64,000 bases of DNA from Octopus sinensis (GCF_006345805.1 NC_043015.1:7130001-7194000); one strand, 5' to 3'. Positions 40,073 through 53,730 are shown, counted from the first letter of the stretch. Notes: generated by a model from the sequence alone, not told the origin. Made by a program: numbers and translations.

Positions 40073-40297
40073 CTATGCGGCTTAAAATATAAAACTTCAT
40101 GCCTTATTTTTGGATTTATACCTACCCTAACAACAAATATTGTCTCTGTTATAGTCTCTGTTATTTACAACAGTCTCTGTTACTTATTAGTGAGCTTCCT
40201 TAATAATCGAAACTATCCTTTGTTAGAGCCTGTTTATTGTAGACTGTTTAGCTCATTTAGAGTATGTAAGTCGGTGTTTTGATTTATATTGTTACTA

Positions 40298-40851
40298 TCG
40301 GGTTGTCCGGAAAGTTCGTGCCGATTATTAAAGGAAAGAAAATACTTGCCATTACAATTTTAATCAACCAAATATAAACCATTTTGTTGCACAATGCGTC
40401 TCATCTTTCTTTCATCTTGAAAAGACTCTTCCCAGAATTGAGTAGGGTTTCATGGTAAGGAATTCATCAAGGTATCTTTTTACGTCATCCAAGGAATTGA
40501 AATTTTTATCATTAAGACTATTCTGCACAGACCTGAATAAGTGGAAATCCGAAGGAGCAATACCTGCTGAATATGGAGGGTGGGGTAACACATCCCAACC
40601 GAACTGCAGCAATTATTGTCTGGTTCCCAAAGCATCAAGTGCCGAAAATGAACTTTCTTATCTTCCATTTTAAGGAGTTACAGAATTAACACACGTTATA
40701 GGAATATAAATCTTCTTCCACGAAAAGATAGCTTAAACTGTGCTCTAAATGGAAGTGTAGTCAAATCATATTTTTATGGACTCAACGATGTTCTAAAATA
40801 AGTCGAAAGTTAAGCTACTATAAATCGGCACGAACTTTCCGGACAACCTAA
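40298..40851 (-). mobile_element. internally deleted mariner (mellifera-like), both TIRs and TA TSD intact
   Basis: TIRs GGTTGTCCGGAAAGTTCGTGCCGATT / AATCGGCACGAACTTTCCGGACAACC; TA at 40296-97 and 40852-53. MEDKKVHFRHLML is joined to GWDVLPHPPYSAGIAPSDFHLFRSVQNSL. Confidence 0.93.
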
Positions 40852-41126
40852 TACAACTTCTTTGCCTAATGCCATTTTAGTGTTCTTCGTCTTCTCATTT
40901 CAGAGATCAAGACAGTCTTAGCGATTACAGATTTCTAATACTTCCTTTCTTACCCCACACAATTTTAATGCCGTCTTCATTTATTCATATACATATCTGA
41001 ATTGCTTTTATATATAGTGGTGTTTCCAATTTAAGTTCGTTTTCTTGTGTTTGTGCCAAATGCTCACTTGTCTGCAATGTCAATCTCCCTCTCTCACACA
41101 TACTCTCACTTTTTGAATATACAAAC

Positions 41127-41179
<53 letters not shown>

Positions 41180-41861
41180 CATACTCATGCATGTGTATGA
41201 GCGTTCATAAATACATATACGTATGCAAATATACCCATATGAATACAGATACATCAGTACACACACACAATTGCATATACAGACACAATTCTATATGGTT
41301 TGACGGAATTTTAAAAAAAAATCGATTGAAAGCTATGTCCATGCAGTTCAAAATCTAACATAAGAAACAAAATAAAAGAATGAATTTTACGACGTTCGGT
41401 GTTCTGAAAATATAGTTTAAATTTCGAAAGAAACAGAGCAAAAATCATTTACTGATTACATGAATAAGAACTTTGAAAGAAAAAAAATATAGATGTTGCA
41501 TAAATCCCTAAAATTATTAAAAATTTATGCTTGATTAAATAAACTTAGGAAGTATTTTGTATTGTAGTGACTTTCCTCCCAAATATGTTTTGTATGAAAT
41601 ACACACACGCACAAACACACAGATAAACTTAAATACACACGCACGCGCCCGCACACACACACACACATATATAGATATATACAATGTAAACATGTTTACA
41701 CATATATCACGGCAGTAGGTTATCATTAGGGAATGTTCTATCATCCAATCAGTTATTCGTTGTTGATTTTAACATGTTCTTTGCATTAAACTGCAAATAT
41801 GCAGTTCCCAAGCCTATCACGCAAGCACACACAAAGATTTACACAAACAAATATTCGTGCG

Positions 41862-41900
<39 letters not shown>

Positions 41901-43514
41901 GTACATGTCTCTATGGATGCATGTGTGTATTGTTGACATAAGAGCAGGCCTGTTTCAGTTGCAATTTATTTAGTTTGGAGTATTCTTTGAAGCTAGACTA
42001 ATAAAAATTCCATCTGAATAAGAGATGTATTATTTATCTTCGATCAGGCGTACGATGGAAATTCCATTGCAATTAGGTTGGTGATAATAGGGTGCATATG
42101 TTTAGTACATATTGATTTCATCTTTGGTGGCCATTTAACTGTAGATATCAAAACAGGCGTGAATGACACATGAGATTTTCTTATATTTGCAAGTTGCTAT
42201 AAAAGCCTGGCTGATTGCCATATTGTTTGTATTCTCTATGTAATTATTACATTGTGTAAGCTGGTATGCAATTGTCATATGTGTATGTATTTTGAGCATG
42301 CTATGGCTCTGTGGTAAAGGAATAATATTTTAACATATATTCATTACACATACCTCTCAGCAATAAGCTGAATGTAGAGAAAGAGTTTTCGGCTCTGTTA
42401 TTATTGTCACACACAAATTCAGTAATCCTTTGATGTCATTGTCAACGGAGTTATTTTAATAGAATAATGCATCTCTCTGCTAGTAGAAATTGATATACTA
42501 TAACCACCAGATTTTAGCTTCGGATCTTATCTGCGCTTAATGTCATATATTGCTAAAAGTGAAATCAATGATATGTTGTCAACATATTGTTCTCTGTTTG
42601 GAATAACGAGAACAAGATGGTTACTTTATTGATCACTGATGGTTTAGGTAGCGTAAGAAACGAAACTTGATACAACTTTGTAGAATGATTTGACACATTA
42701 CTTATCCATAAGCTCTTATCAAAGCTGAAAAGAAAACTGAGAAATTCGTGTAGGATTTTATATTCTAATGATCTTAGCTTCATGAATAAAGATCATGTCT
42801 GGTGAACGGATGTGTGCGAATGAAACTAGCCAGCATCGAAAAGAAACAAAAGCATTTTAAACTAAATTTGTAGTAACGTGATTTCAGTGGAAGCCGTCGA
42901 TGGTATAAATAGCAAAAGAAGATAATTAGGTGCAAATCTTAGAACTAGAGACAATTATTGTAATATTAAATCCTTAAATATGTAAATATCTTTTGACACT
43001 CTATAGAAAAATCCATATTGAATTAATGTTAAAGAATGCATTTGATTTAAAATGACATTCGAAATCAATAAAGCTTCTTTATATATCGATCCTGAGTAAC
43101 AGATTTACGTATTAATATCATTTCTATTAGCAAAGACGTCGATTTGTTATTTTTCCATGCGAAGCTAAAACATGAGATACAAAAAGGAAGATTACAAGTG
43201 TAGAGCTGTGTGATGTTGATTTCCAATGGTTCAAATATTACTGAGAAAACAGAATATAACAGAATGTGGCGACATACGCAAAGCTTATACTCGAGTTGAT
43301 GAAACTAGGTCCAGTTTAATTCCTTGATTTTGTAATATATATTATATATGTTATATTTAGAGATTAGAATAACGATAACGGTTAACATTATGAACTTCGT
43401 CAATTAAACAATGATATAGAAAATAGCTGGTGGTGAATAGGCTGAGGTATTAGAACCCCGAATAATATTTTGCATAATTTATTCGGGCTCTATTCACGCA
43501 ATGTTCCAATCCAA

Positions 43515-44048
43515 CCATCAAAGTGACACTGGGGTAAAATATACGAAGCCCAGTATAGCCATCATGACTACCCGTTTGATAAGGGTACATTAGGCACATG
43601 CATCACAACCATATGTGCGAGACATGGTGATCGCATATCAAGATAAATAACACATGACCTTGCAGGTGGGGCCTAGTTAGAATTTTCTTCAGGTTGAGTA
43701 GCCCATCCCGCTCAAAAGGTCCTTGAATAAGGGTTGTTTAAGGACGTTGAACGAAACACCCATGTTTACAGAGGTGAACTATTCAAACCCCAAACAATCC
43801 CTCTCAACACATGGCTATGATGCTCCCCCACTACTTCTGCTCGTGATCAGAGATGCACATATCGTCAGCCACTAAGGGACATGCTCAATTGGTTAAGGTC
43901 AAACAACTGACAAGCAAATCTGTGGTATTGAACAGAATATTTGCTGTAGCCCATCTTTTATACCAAGACAAAACAATGTACATGATAAAACTTCCAATCA
44001 GTTAAGATCAGAAGCAACGAGAGCCACTGCCTGGTACTGCATCAGGGC

Positions 44049-44050
<2 letters not shown>
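43515..44050. mobile_element. interspersed repeat F, longest copy, ending in (TTA)n
   Basis: Homologous to the 14250 and 19425 copies; no ORF. Confidence 0.85.
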
Positions 44051-44082
<32 letters not shown>

Positions 44083-44321
44083 GTTTCTTCCTTCTTTCTT
44101 CAAATTTTCTTCCGTTTCTCGCTGAGTGTTTTCCATACACCTAGGGCAGAGAAGCTCATTATATGCATTCCCAAATTACACGCGCAAATTCACAGATAAA
44201 ATATGTATTCAAAATTAATAAATAAATAAATAAATTCATGGATGGATGTTGTTTTTACAGCGATAATGCTCTTCTCAGTACATGAGCCGCTACAGTCAAT
44301 ACGAGTTTTTGCACTTCCTGT
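44083..44321 (-). mobile_element. second R4/Dong-type 3' end (different subfamily) in (TAA)n
   Basis: QEVQKLVLTVAAHVLRRALSL* (44255-44320) aligns with AEVQKIVLMGTAHILRKILSM*; the 3' UTR differs; TAA repeats on both sides. Confidence 0.75.
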
Positions 44322-44974
44322 TTATTATTATTATTATTATTATTATACACACAAACATACACACACGTATGTATATTGGTATACCGGGCTTCCAAAGTGC
44401 TTCGTTCTGTCAAATTCCTTCAAAAGCATTTCGCTTTACCTATTTTCACCACGTTATACAGCAATACATTTGCAGTCCAATTTCAGTTTCATCCTGTAGC
44501 AAAACGTAACATAATTCAACTGCAATCATTTAATTCCTGATTTCCAATGTCACGACTTTCGATACTGTCATTCACGTTTTCAAAATCCACAATAAAATAC
44601 GAATCAAATGGTAAGCTCAATTTAACATACTGTTTTCTCTCATAAATTTTGTGATTTTGAGCCTATTTTAGCTACTACATTCAGGATAAAGGCTATAAAA
44701 TAAAGGCGTAAAGTAAGAAATATTTCTGGCTACTTACTATAAGGAATAAGCTGAATGTTGTTGGAGAACGATGAAGAATTGCAGCCTAGATGGCAAAGGT
44801 ATTATTACTTGGCCACTAACATCAGTTATGCATTCGGAATCGCATAGTTTTTAAGTCGTGCTATATCTACATTAACGTCGAAGCCATTATAATATTGAAA
44901 ATCGAAAGAAAGACATAAAAGAAAATATTTGCAAGGATAAAATAGAAAGAACAAAAGAGAGGGATGCTGTAGTA

Positions 44975-45259
44975 GTACGGCAGCAGCAGCAAGAGTAGAA
45001 GTAAAGTAGTAGTAGTAGTAATAGCAGCAGTTGTAGTAGTGGTGGTGGTGGTAGTAGTAGTAGAAGTAGTACTAGTAGTAGCAGCAGCAGTAGTAGCAGC
45101 AGCAGTAGTAGTAGTAATAGTAGAAGTAGTACTAGAAGTAGTAGCAGCAGCAGCAGTAGTAGTAGTAGAAGTAGTACTAGTAGTGGCAGCAGCAGCAGTA
45201 GAAGTAGTAGTAGTAGCAGCAGCAGCAGAAGTAGTAGTAGCAGTAGTAGTAGCAGCAGC

Positions 45260-45299
<40 letters not shown>

Positions 45300-45420
45300 A
45301 GACGAAAATGACATTGATGAAGAAAATGACGTTGATGAAGAAAAAGATGATGAAGAAGAAGAATGAGTAGAAGCAAAGAAAAGAAGAGGAAGGAAAAAAT
45401 AAGGACGAGGGAGAGGAGGA
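44975..45420. repeat. (AGT/AGC/AGA)n trinucleotide tract
   Basis: Directly visible. Confidence 0.92.
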
Positions 45421-45679
45421 GGCATATTGATGGAGGTGAAAGAATGTGTATTGGGACAAAGGAACGGATGTTGTATGATGCAGAAAGACATTATAGATAA
45501 AAAAAAATGACACAATCAATGAAAAATCGATATTGGGAAGACAAAAGCTCCAGAAAGCTTACAAATATGGACACTACACATATAAGCATATTCTTTCATA
45601 ATGTCAACAGCTTAGCCATTGCAATATGTACGTGTGTGTGTGTGTGTGTGCATGAGGACGTGCGTGTGGGAGTTCATAC

Positions 45680-46025
45680 TGTCTGTTTTTTTGTTAGTCC
45701 TTCACCATCACTAGATAACCGCATTTAATTGGTTTACCTCTCCGTAAAATAGCATGTGTGTTTGCGTGTGAAGGAATGTATGTATGTGAGTGTGTATGAG
45801 TGTGTGTGTGTGAGTTTATATTGTATTTGTTTTGTGTTAGTTCCCGCCATCGTTCGACAACAGCAGTTGGTTTGTTTACGCCTCTGTAACATAGCATTTC
45901 GGTAAAACTGACCGATATAATAAGTCCCGGGTTTAAAAAAAAAAAACTGGGATTTGAAATCCTTCTACTGAATCCTTCAAGTTGGCACCCCCAGTGTGAT
46001 TGCAGTCCCATGACTGAAACAAGAA
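45680..46025 (+). mobile_element. diverged SINE A 3' halves
   Basis: GACCGATATAATAAGT...CAGTCCCATGACTGAAACAAG. Confidence 0.65.
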
Positions 46026-46249
46026 TACTGCAGAAAATACGAAGAAGATTTCTTTTATAAGCCCTGCTGTGGATACCACATCACAGGATAGATGGTATCT
46101 GCATAAAAATCGAAATTCCAGAGATAATTTTTGGTGAAGAATAATAAAGTAAGCTCCGCAATGGAGCTAATCGAATTGTACTGATTCATTCGTTACGATC
46201 GTTTCAACAATATATGGTCCAACACATAATCCATATAATAGATTGTTCA

Positions 46250-46490
46250 ATTGGTTTCAATTTTGGCACAAGGCAAGCGGTTACGAGAGAGTCGACCTCG
46301 GTGAAATTTGTATGTAGAAGATAAAACGATTTCAGCGATCTTTGTCTTCAACAGGTAATTAATCTATTGATACCGAAATGATGAAAGGCAAAGTCGAGCT
46401 CAGCGGAATTTGAATTCAAAACGTGAGCACCGACCATATGTCACAAAGCATTATGTCCGGTGTGTTAACGATTCTGACAGCTGACAGCCC
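46250..46490 (-). mobile_element. diverged SINE B
   Basis: ATGAAAGGCAAAGTCGA...GGAATTTGAA. Confidence 0.7.
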
Positions 46491-46621
46491 TAACGTAACA
46501 GAAATATTAATAACTATTCATAGAATTGTATTTTTGAAGGATTTGTAATGAAAGAATAAATGTAATAACCCCCATTCATATATGTGTGTGTATATTTTTG
46601 TGTGTACGTGCGTGTGTGTAT

Positions 46622-46995
46622 AGCCGTAAAAGCTTTTTTCAGCACATGACGGTTAACATGGGAGATCGACCCAAATAACTTTGGGTTGTACACATCCCTT
46701 CACGTTTCCACTTCACTAGTACATCGGAAACGGTGGACCTAGGGATGTTCAGGAGGGTGGAAATCTCGTGTACACGCTTATTAGACAAGAGGCACCTGAC
46801 CACGTTCAAAGTCCGTAAATTCCGTAGATCTTCCCATTCTGTGCCCGAGCGCCGTTTGTCGGCTAGTGAGATCGCTGACCGTGTGTTTCGCGTGGTAAAG
46901 GAATGTACTGTGGCGCCCTCTGTAATAACTTTTGTTATCATCTATAGTAAACACACGTTTCCAGGATGTTCGAACACTTTTGATCACATATTATA
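46622..46995 (-). mobile_element. Tc1-like transposon 5' fragment
   Basis: MGRSTEFTDFERGQV / LSNKRVHEISTLLNIPRSTVSDVLVKWKREG is a frameshifted paired-like HTH; TIR-like ATGTGATCAAAAGTGTTCGAACA at the right end. Confidence 0.85.
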
Positions 46996-47011
46996 TGTAC
47001 ACACACACATG

Positions 47012-47066
<55 letters not shown>

Positions 47067-47070
47067 AAGA

Positions 47071-47106
<36 letters not shown>

Positions 47107-47884
47107 TATGAAAGAATGGCGTCGAACGAAGATGTTAACAAAATTCCTTTACTCTCGACATAATTTAAACGAATTTTCCATGCTGACGATAAACATAGGA
47201 TAATTCATTCACCTACTTATATATATATATATATTATATATACGCACTGACACTCACGCACACATATGTAATTATCTGTTTACATGTATATATGCATAAC
47301 GATGAGATGACGACGACAACAACGGTGATGATGATGATGATGATGACGACGGCATGACAACGGTGATGATGATGATGATGATGATGATTACCTAATCTTG
47401 TCAGACGGCAGCCGTTTTTAAATTCACCCTCATTGTTCCGATTACCCTTACCTCTGCGAGGATATGACTTTTCACGACCCGCATACATTACCATATACAC
47501 AACAAGGATTAAGAAATGAAATGATAGTGAAATTTCATCAAACAACACTGAATTTTTACACAGGAATATAAATTTAAAATTATAGAATATATAATTTGAG
47601 AAAAGGGCACCACCTTTAATGTTGTTTCATTATATTTGCATTTCATAACGTGAGTGCCAATGCGTTTTGCATATAATTACGTTCTTGCAAGCTTTCGCAG
47701 AACTAAGAGTCTAAACGCATAACTAAATTCATGATGATTTTGAAATACCGTATCTCCGTCCTCGTAAATCTAATATAGTTATGTGCTTCCTGTTCAGCAT
47801 TTAATGTATGTATTTTCTATATCTGTAGCTTTACGTGCAATACATATAAACACTTGTGTTAGAAAGAACAGGAATAAAACGCAC

Positions 47885-47921
47885 ATCTATCTATCTATAT
47901 ATCTGTGTGTCTGTCTGTCAG

Positions 47922-47952
<31 letters not shown>

Positions 47953-48630
47953 GTGTGTCTGTCTGTCAGTCTATCTATCTATCTATCTATCTATCTGTGT
48001 GTCTGTCTGTCAGTCTATCTATCTATCTATCTGTGTGTCTGTGTCAATCTATCTATCTATCTATCTATCTGTGTGTCTGTGTCAATCTATCTATCTATCT
48101 ATCTGTGTGTCTGTGTCAATCTATCTATCTATCTATCTGTGTGTCTGTGTCAATCTATCTATCTATCTATCTATCTGTCTATCTATCTATATGTATGTCT
48201 GTCTATATGTCTGTCTATCTGTTTGTGTGTGTCTGTCAGTCTATCTATCTGTCTGTATATCTGTCTGTGTGTCTGTCTATCTATCTGTCTGTCTGTGTGT
48301 GTTTGTCAGCCTATCTATCTATCTATCTGTCTGTGTCTATCTATCTATCTGTCTGTGTGTGTCTATCTATCTGTCTGTCTGTGTCTCTGTTTGTCAGTCT
48401 ATCTATCTGTCTGTCTGTCTGTGTCTCTGTTTGTCAGTTTATCTATCTATCTGTCTGTCTCTTTCCCTCTCTCTCTCCCCGAACTCTATCCATCTCCCTG
48501 ACCTCTCTCTCCCCGACCTCTATCCCTCTCCCTGACCTCTCTCTCTCCCCGACCTCTATCCCTCTCCCGCTGACCTCTCTCTCTCTTCTCCGACCTCTTC
48601 CTCTCTGACCTCGCTCTCTCTCTCTCTCTC
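47885..48630. repeat. compound (TATC)/(TGTC)/(TC) satellite
   Basis: Directly visible; source of the 250-aa artefact ORFs. Confidence 0.95.
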
Positions 48631-49342
48631 AGTATCTATATCATGTATATGTTGTTTCGTGTGTGCTTTTCATGGTTAGAATATAAAAGCATAAATAATT
48701 TAACGAAGGTTATTGATTGCTAATTCCCACGTAAAACGCTTCAAGAGAACTCTTTGGCGATAGCGAAGCATACTAAGTGATTCCCTGCTCTGCTAGAAAT
48801 AACTACCGAATCTCCATGAAATCAGATTTTAATATAACACATACCACATAAGGTCTCAATAAATTGCGGTGGAATATATTTGCTTAGTTCTACTCAATGA
48901 TATTTATTTCACGTTTTGTAAGCAACAACAAAATTAACAATAATTCAATCTGATAAAACTAGAGTTCGTGCATGCAATTGTGATAGTACAGCACTTAGTG
49001 CTGATGAATGCGCTGCTACGATGTTTTTGGTGGTGATGATGATGATGAGGAAGATGATGCGTGCACTAGTGGGGCTAGTTTGGTGGTGGTGACGATGACA
49101 AGTCGAAGGGGACGACAACGATGACGAGGATGATTGAAAGGTGTAAATTATGTTATAGTTTTCCTAAGTTTCTTTCTTGTATATTTTTGCTGGAATCATC
49201 AACTGCACACAAGACCAGATTAATTTCAGCCTTGTGGTCGCCTATACTGTTTTGCGGCTCCTCTTTTCATAACCACCAGAGTACGAACCGCTTCTCACGA
49301 ACGCACTTCATGAACAAAAAGAAGGAAAACGCAATGAGCATT

Positions 49343-49727
49343 TTCTCTTTTCTCTTTTACTTGTTTCAGTCATTTGACTGCGGCCATGCTGGAGCACCGC
49401 CTTTAGTCGAGAAAATCGACCCCAGGACTTATTCTTTGTAAGCCTAGTACTTATTCTATCGGTTTCTTTTGCCGAACTGCTAAGTTACGATGACATCTGT
49501 TGTCAAGCGACGACGGTGGGAGAAACACAGACACAAACATATATACACATATATACATATCTAGGACGGGCTTCTTTCAGTTTCCGTCCGCCAAATCCAC
49601 TCACAAAGCTTTGGTCGGCCCGAGGCTATAGTAGAAGAGACTTGCCCAAGTTGCCACGCAGTGGGACTGAACCCGTAACAATGTGCTTCGTAAGCAAGCT
49701 ACTTACCAGACAGCCACTCCTAAGCCT
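49343..49727 (-). mobile_element. SINE family A
   Basis: Matches the family consensus. Confidence 0.9.
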
Positions 49728-51689
49728 ATGTGCACACTGAATACGTGAAAAAGAAGAGAAGAATTAAAACGTAATGCGCATGTCAATATACGGAAGAGAA
49801 GGATAAAAACGCAATGTCAATCAAGCTATATCGTGGTCTGATACCACGTCTGACACAACTGTCATTCAGTTTTGCAGCAAATTCTTGTTTCTTATGTTGT
49901 ACCAATGTGCTATTCATAATAAAATGTGCAGTGCCCTGTAGTGTGCCGTCTTACTTTAATTTAGAAGTCCTTTGATTTTGGAATTGTTTTGGTTGATCTT
50001 TCCATCATTTCTAAGGAACTCTGTTTATTTTCGAATTTCATGAATCTGTATAATTCTAGATATTATCCTTAAACAGATTCTCCATTTCTTTTAGAGACAT
50101 ATTGTCGTCATTTGAGACTAATCAGCTGAATATATCACACCTCTTCGTGGTTGCTTTCGAGAATAATATCTTGTTGATTTACCATAATTTCTGAATATAT
50201 TACTGTCTCCCAGAATATATTCACATCGACAATATGTTACATGCGTAAAGTTGGCACCTGAATCATTCTGTGGTTATTTCATAACATTTGCATAATCTTC
50301 AGACATTGAGAAAACCCAAACCATATCAAGTCAGTTACACACAAATACACACATGCCCAAACACTACACAAATGCTTACATACTCACAACCTAGACACAC
50401 ACACAACTCTATACTTTTCTATTAATCTTCTAGTTGTTCTCGACATTAGACGTAAGAAAATATATTAAATATGGTACTCATTCTATCAGTCTCTTTTTGT
50501 CAACCGCTATGTTACAAGGTCGCATGGAAAGCAATATTTATCAAGCGCTGAATTACAAACACTAGGGTAATAACGCATGGACATTTCTACATACAAATAC
50601 ACACGACAGGTTTCCGCATATTTTATCAACTCATTCACATGGCACTGGTCAGCCAGAGACTATACAAGAAAGGACTGGCTCAAAGTACGTTCTACTATAT
50701 TTTCGCTTCACAAAGAAAGTGTTTTCTGTTTTTCTTACATATGTTAAGCAATTACTTGCTAGCTTGATTTTATATTCTGTATTATTTCTTACTACAAAAC
50801 ATACTTTTCTCATGCGCCGAACACACACATGTTTCCGTAACAACTTTCCGTAACAACCCGAGTTCCTCGGCATATCACCATGAACTCAGTAACAAATCTA
50901 CAAATATTCGTTCCTACTGTTGCGCTACGCAATGGTTATGCAGAGAATGGACTTCCAGAAATTTCCAACACATTATATGAATAAATTTTCAGCATATATA
51001 TTAGGTAAACTTTTAATTAATTAAAATGCAGTCACCTCATAAAAGTATATTATCTCAATCACGATTTCGAAGTACTTCTGTAGAATATTGATGCATATTA
51101 TCTAAGTTTTTAACTCAGCCAGTTACTAATATTAATCTAATCGGCTAATCCTACATCACAATATAGGCTTGAGGTTTGGTCGTAAATTCTTTTCAAAGGA
51201 AATGTGCCCTCCTCCTCCCCCTCCTCTTTCTCTTTATCATCATGGTCAGCAGCATGTGCTCTCTTGTATCCCATAAGACAACTTAGAGCCTTACTTATCG
51301 TTTCCTCCTCTGTTTATTAGTCAATGTCAGGTTTTTAGTTCCCGCTAGAGTCTACTTTTACCATTCCTCATTCAAGTGGTCCTATAATAAGTTCAGGTCA
51401 AACATTTTATCTGGTGACCGATAATATCGATGTCCTTTGGCGATATAGACGTTGCAAATTTAGAATATTTGCAGCTGATGCTAGCTTCACGTAGTCCATG
51501 TCATTGAAATAAACAAAACGGAATATTTTTTTTTTAAAATGGAATAAAGGAAGACGAAAGAAATAAAGAGAAAACTAAAGCTGAAATCCAAATCAGTAGA
51601 AGACGAAGCAGATCGTGAATTTATAGTAATGTTACATACAATGAGAGCGATTTCGCTACGTTTGAATGTTTGCTAGAAATATAGTTATG

Positions 51690-52140
51690 ATCCGAAGCTG
51701 AAGAAGTAGAAGAAGGAGGAGGAGGAGGAAGTGGAAGAAAAAAAGAAGAAGTAGGAGAAAAAGAAGCAGAAGAAGAAGAGGAGGAGGAGGAAAACAACAA
51801 AAAAGGCGAAGAAGAAAAAGGAGTAAAAGAACAAGAAAAAGACGAAGTAGAAGAAAAGAAGAAAAGAAGCAGTAGAAGAAAAGAAGAGGAAGAAGAAGAA
51901 AAGAAAAGAAGAAGAGAAAAGAAGAAGAAGATGATGAGGAGGAAGAAGAGAAGAACAACAACAATAGCAGCAGCATCGACAGCAACGAAAGAAGGAGAAA
52001 AGAGCAAGAAGAATGAGAACAACAATAGCAAAAAGAAAAAAGAAGAAAAGATGTAAAAGAAGACGATGATGATAATGGTGGTGGTGGTGGTGGTGATGGT
52101 GGTGTGTTTGTGGTTGTGATGATGATGATGATGGTGATGT
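51690..52140. repeat. GAA/GAG-rich purine tract followed by GGT/GAT repeats
   Basis: Directly visible. Confidence 0.88.
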
Positions 52141-52474
52141 TTTCGTATTATTCCACCCACCTGAAACGTTTCCCCGAGAAATTCTTTCTGCTATAATAGT
52201 AAATCTCTTTTTACTAATTGTAAAACATGCAATCGTTTTATCAGTGGTGTTTTTCTTCATCTACACTTACTTTCTATCTTTTCTAAGCACAATTCCTATA
52301 CGCTCAACACCATAGAATATTTTGGTGATTTTTCTATGACTTTTTATCTGGAAATATTCTATAATATAAACAAGTTTGAAAATAGAAAAATAAGCTACAT
52401 GCTGATTCAAGCTTTTTCTGCGAGATAAGATATTTTTGAATTTTTGCTTTAGTTTCTCACCAAACGGGAAATGT

Positions 52475-52670
52475 TGGTTTCAAATTTTGGTACAGGACCG
52501 ACAATTTAGGTGGAGGGTTAAGCCGATTACATCGACCCTAGTATACCACTGGTATTTGTTTTACAATCTGGAAACGATAGAAGAAAACGTCGATCCCAGG
52601 CGGCCTTGGAATTATAACAAGGTCGGAAAAAAAGGTGCTAAGCATTTTTTCCGGTGCGATAACAATTTTG
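52475..52670 (-). mobile_element. diverged SINE B
   Basis: TTTCAAATTTTGGTACA...CGATTACATCGACCC...GCTAAGCATTT. Confidence 0.7.
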
Positions 52671-53282
52671 CTTTAAGATCCTTCCCTTATCATGTAGACT
52701 CATCGGGCTGGTTTTCCTGTTTCCGTGTTGGATATATAAAAGGGATTTAAAGTATGGGTCCGGAGATGACCAAAGATGACGATGAAGCTTATACTCATCT
52801 CAAGAGGTTGAACTTATTGAGGTTTTGAGAAAGAATCCAACAAGTAGCGAGTCACTGAACGGGAGAAAGGTTGTTTATAATTTTGTCCCAATTGTTTTCA
52901 AATTTGGTATATGGAATAATTTTTGTATACTAATTATAAAAATGAAATTCATTTTCCCTATAAATACATAAATAAAATATTATTAGCCTTTAGAATTTGC
53001 AAAATTTGGGTATTTTAGCCAACCACAAGTGAGAATTTTACACATCTCCGTGGCGAAGAATTCTGTTTCACTAGTAACCAAAGATGCTGCGTATGTGCTC
53101 AAGGAATGTAACCACCACGTGTTCTATAAATGTTTGTTCTCATAAAAGAAGGAATCCGACCGTTCCATGGTTGACTCTTATCTCTGTGAATTTATGTGGG
53201 GAAGGAGATATGAGGAAGTTAATTTATCCTATAGATTCTTGAATTTTTTAAAACTAATACATGTCTGATTTAAGCAATATTT

Positions 53283-53478
53283 TGACTTATTTCTAGCAAC
53301 TCCTGTTGGTTTGTTCATAGCTATTAAATATCTAATTAGCACGTGAATGCTTTAATGTTTTTTATTGTTTTTACTGTTAACTTTGCTCGTGCGTATTTTA
53401 ATGCTTTGACTGTTATTTCTAGCAACTACTGTTGGTTTGTTTGTAGCTTTTAAATATTTAACCTGCTCGTCAATGCAC
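53283..53478. repeat. diverged ~70-bp direct repeat pair
   Basis: TTATTTCTAGCAACT.CTGTTGGTTTGTT occurs at ~53288 and ~53413. Confidence 0.75.
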
Positions 53479-53519
53479 TCAGAATAGCCAAAGTTATTAA
53501 ATATATGTAAACAATATTG

Positions 53520-53730
53520 AGTTCAAATATTGGCACAAGGCCAGCAATTTCTGGGGAGGGGTTAAGTTGATTTCATGAAACCAGTGTTTAGCTAGTACTT
53601 ATTTTATCATGCCCAAAAAGTTGAAAGGCAATGTCGACCTCGGCGGAATTTGAGCTCAGAACGCAAAGACGGACGAAACACCGCTAATCATTTTGGCTAG
53701 CGTGCTAACGAAACCGCCACGTCACCGCCC
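53520..53730 (-). mobile_element. SINE family B with tail type 2
   Basis: Matches the family consensus. Confidence 0.85.

Noticed and set aside
50275-50305. CUGAAGA...GAAA on the minus strand
   Set aside because: No stem II pairing, no NUH triplet and no stem I; expected by chance.
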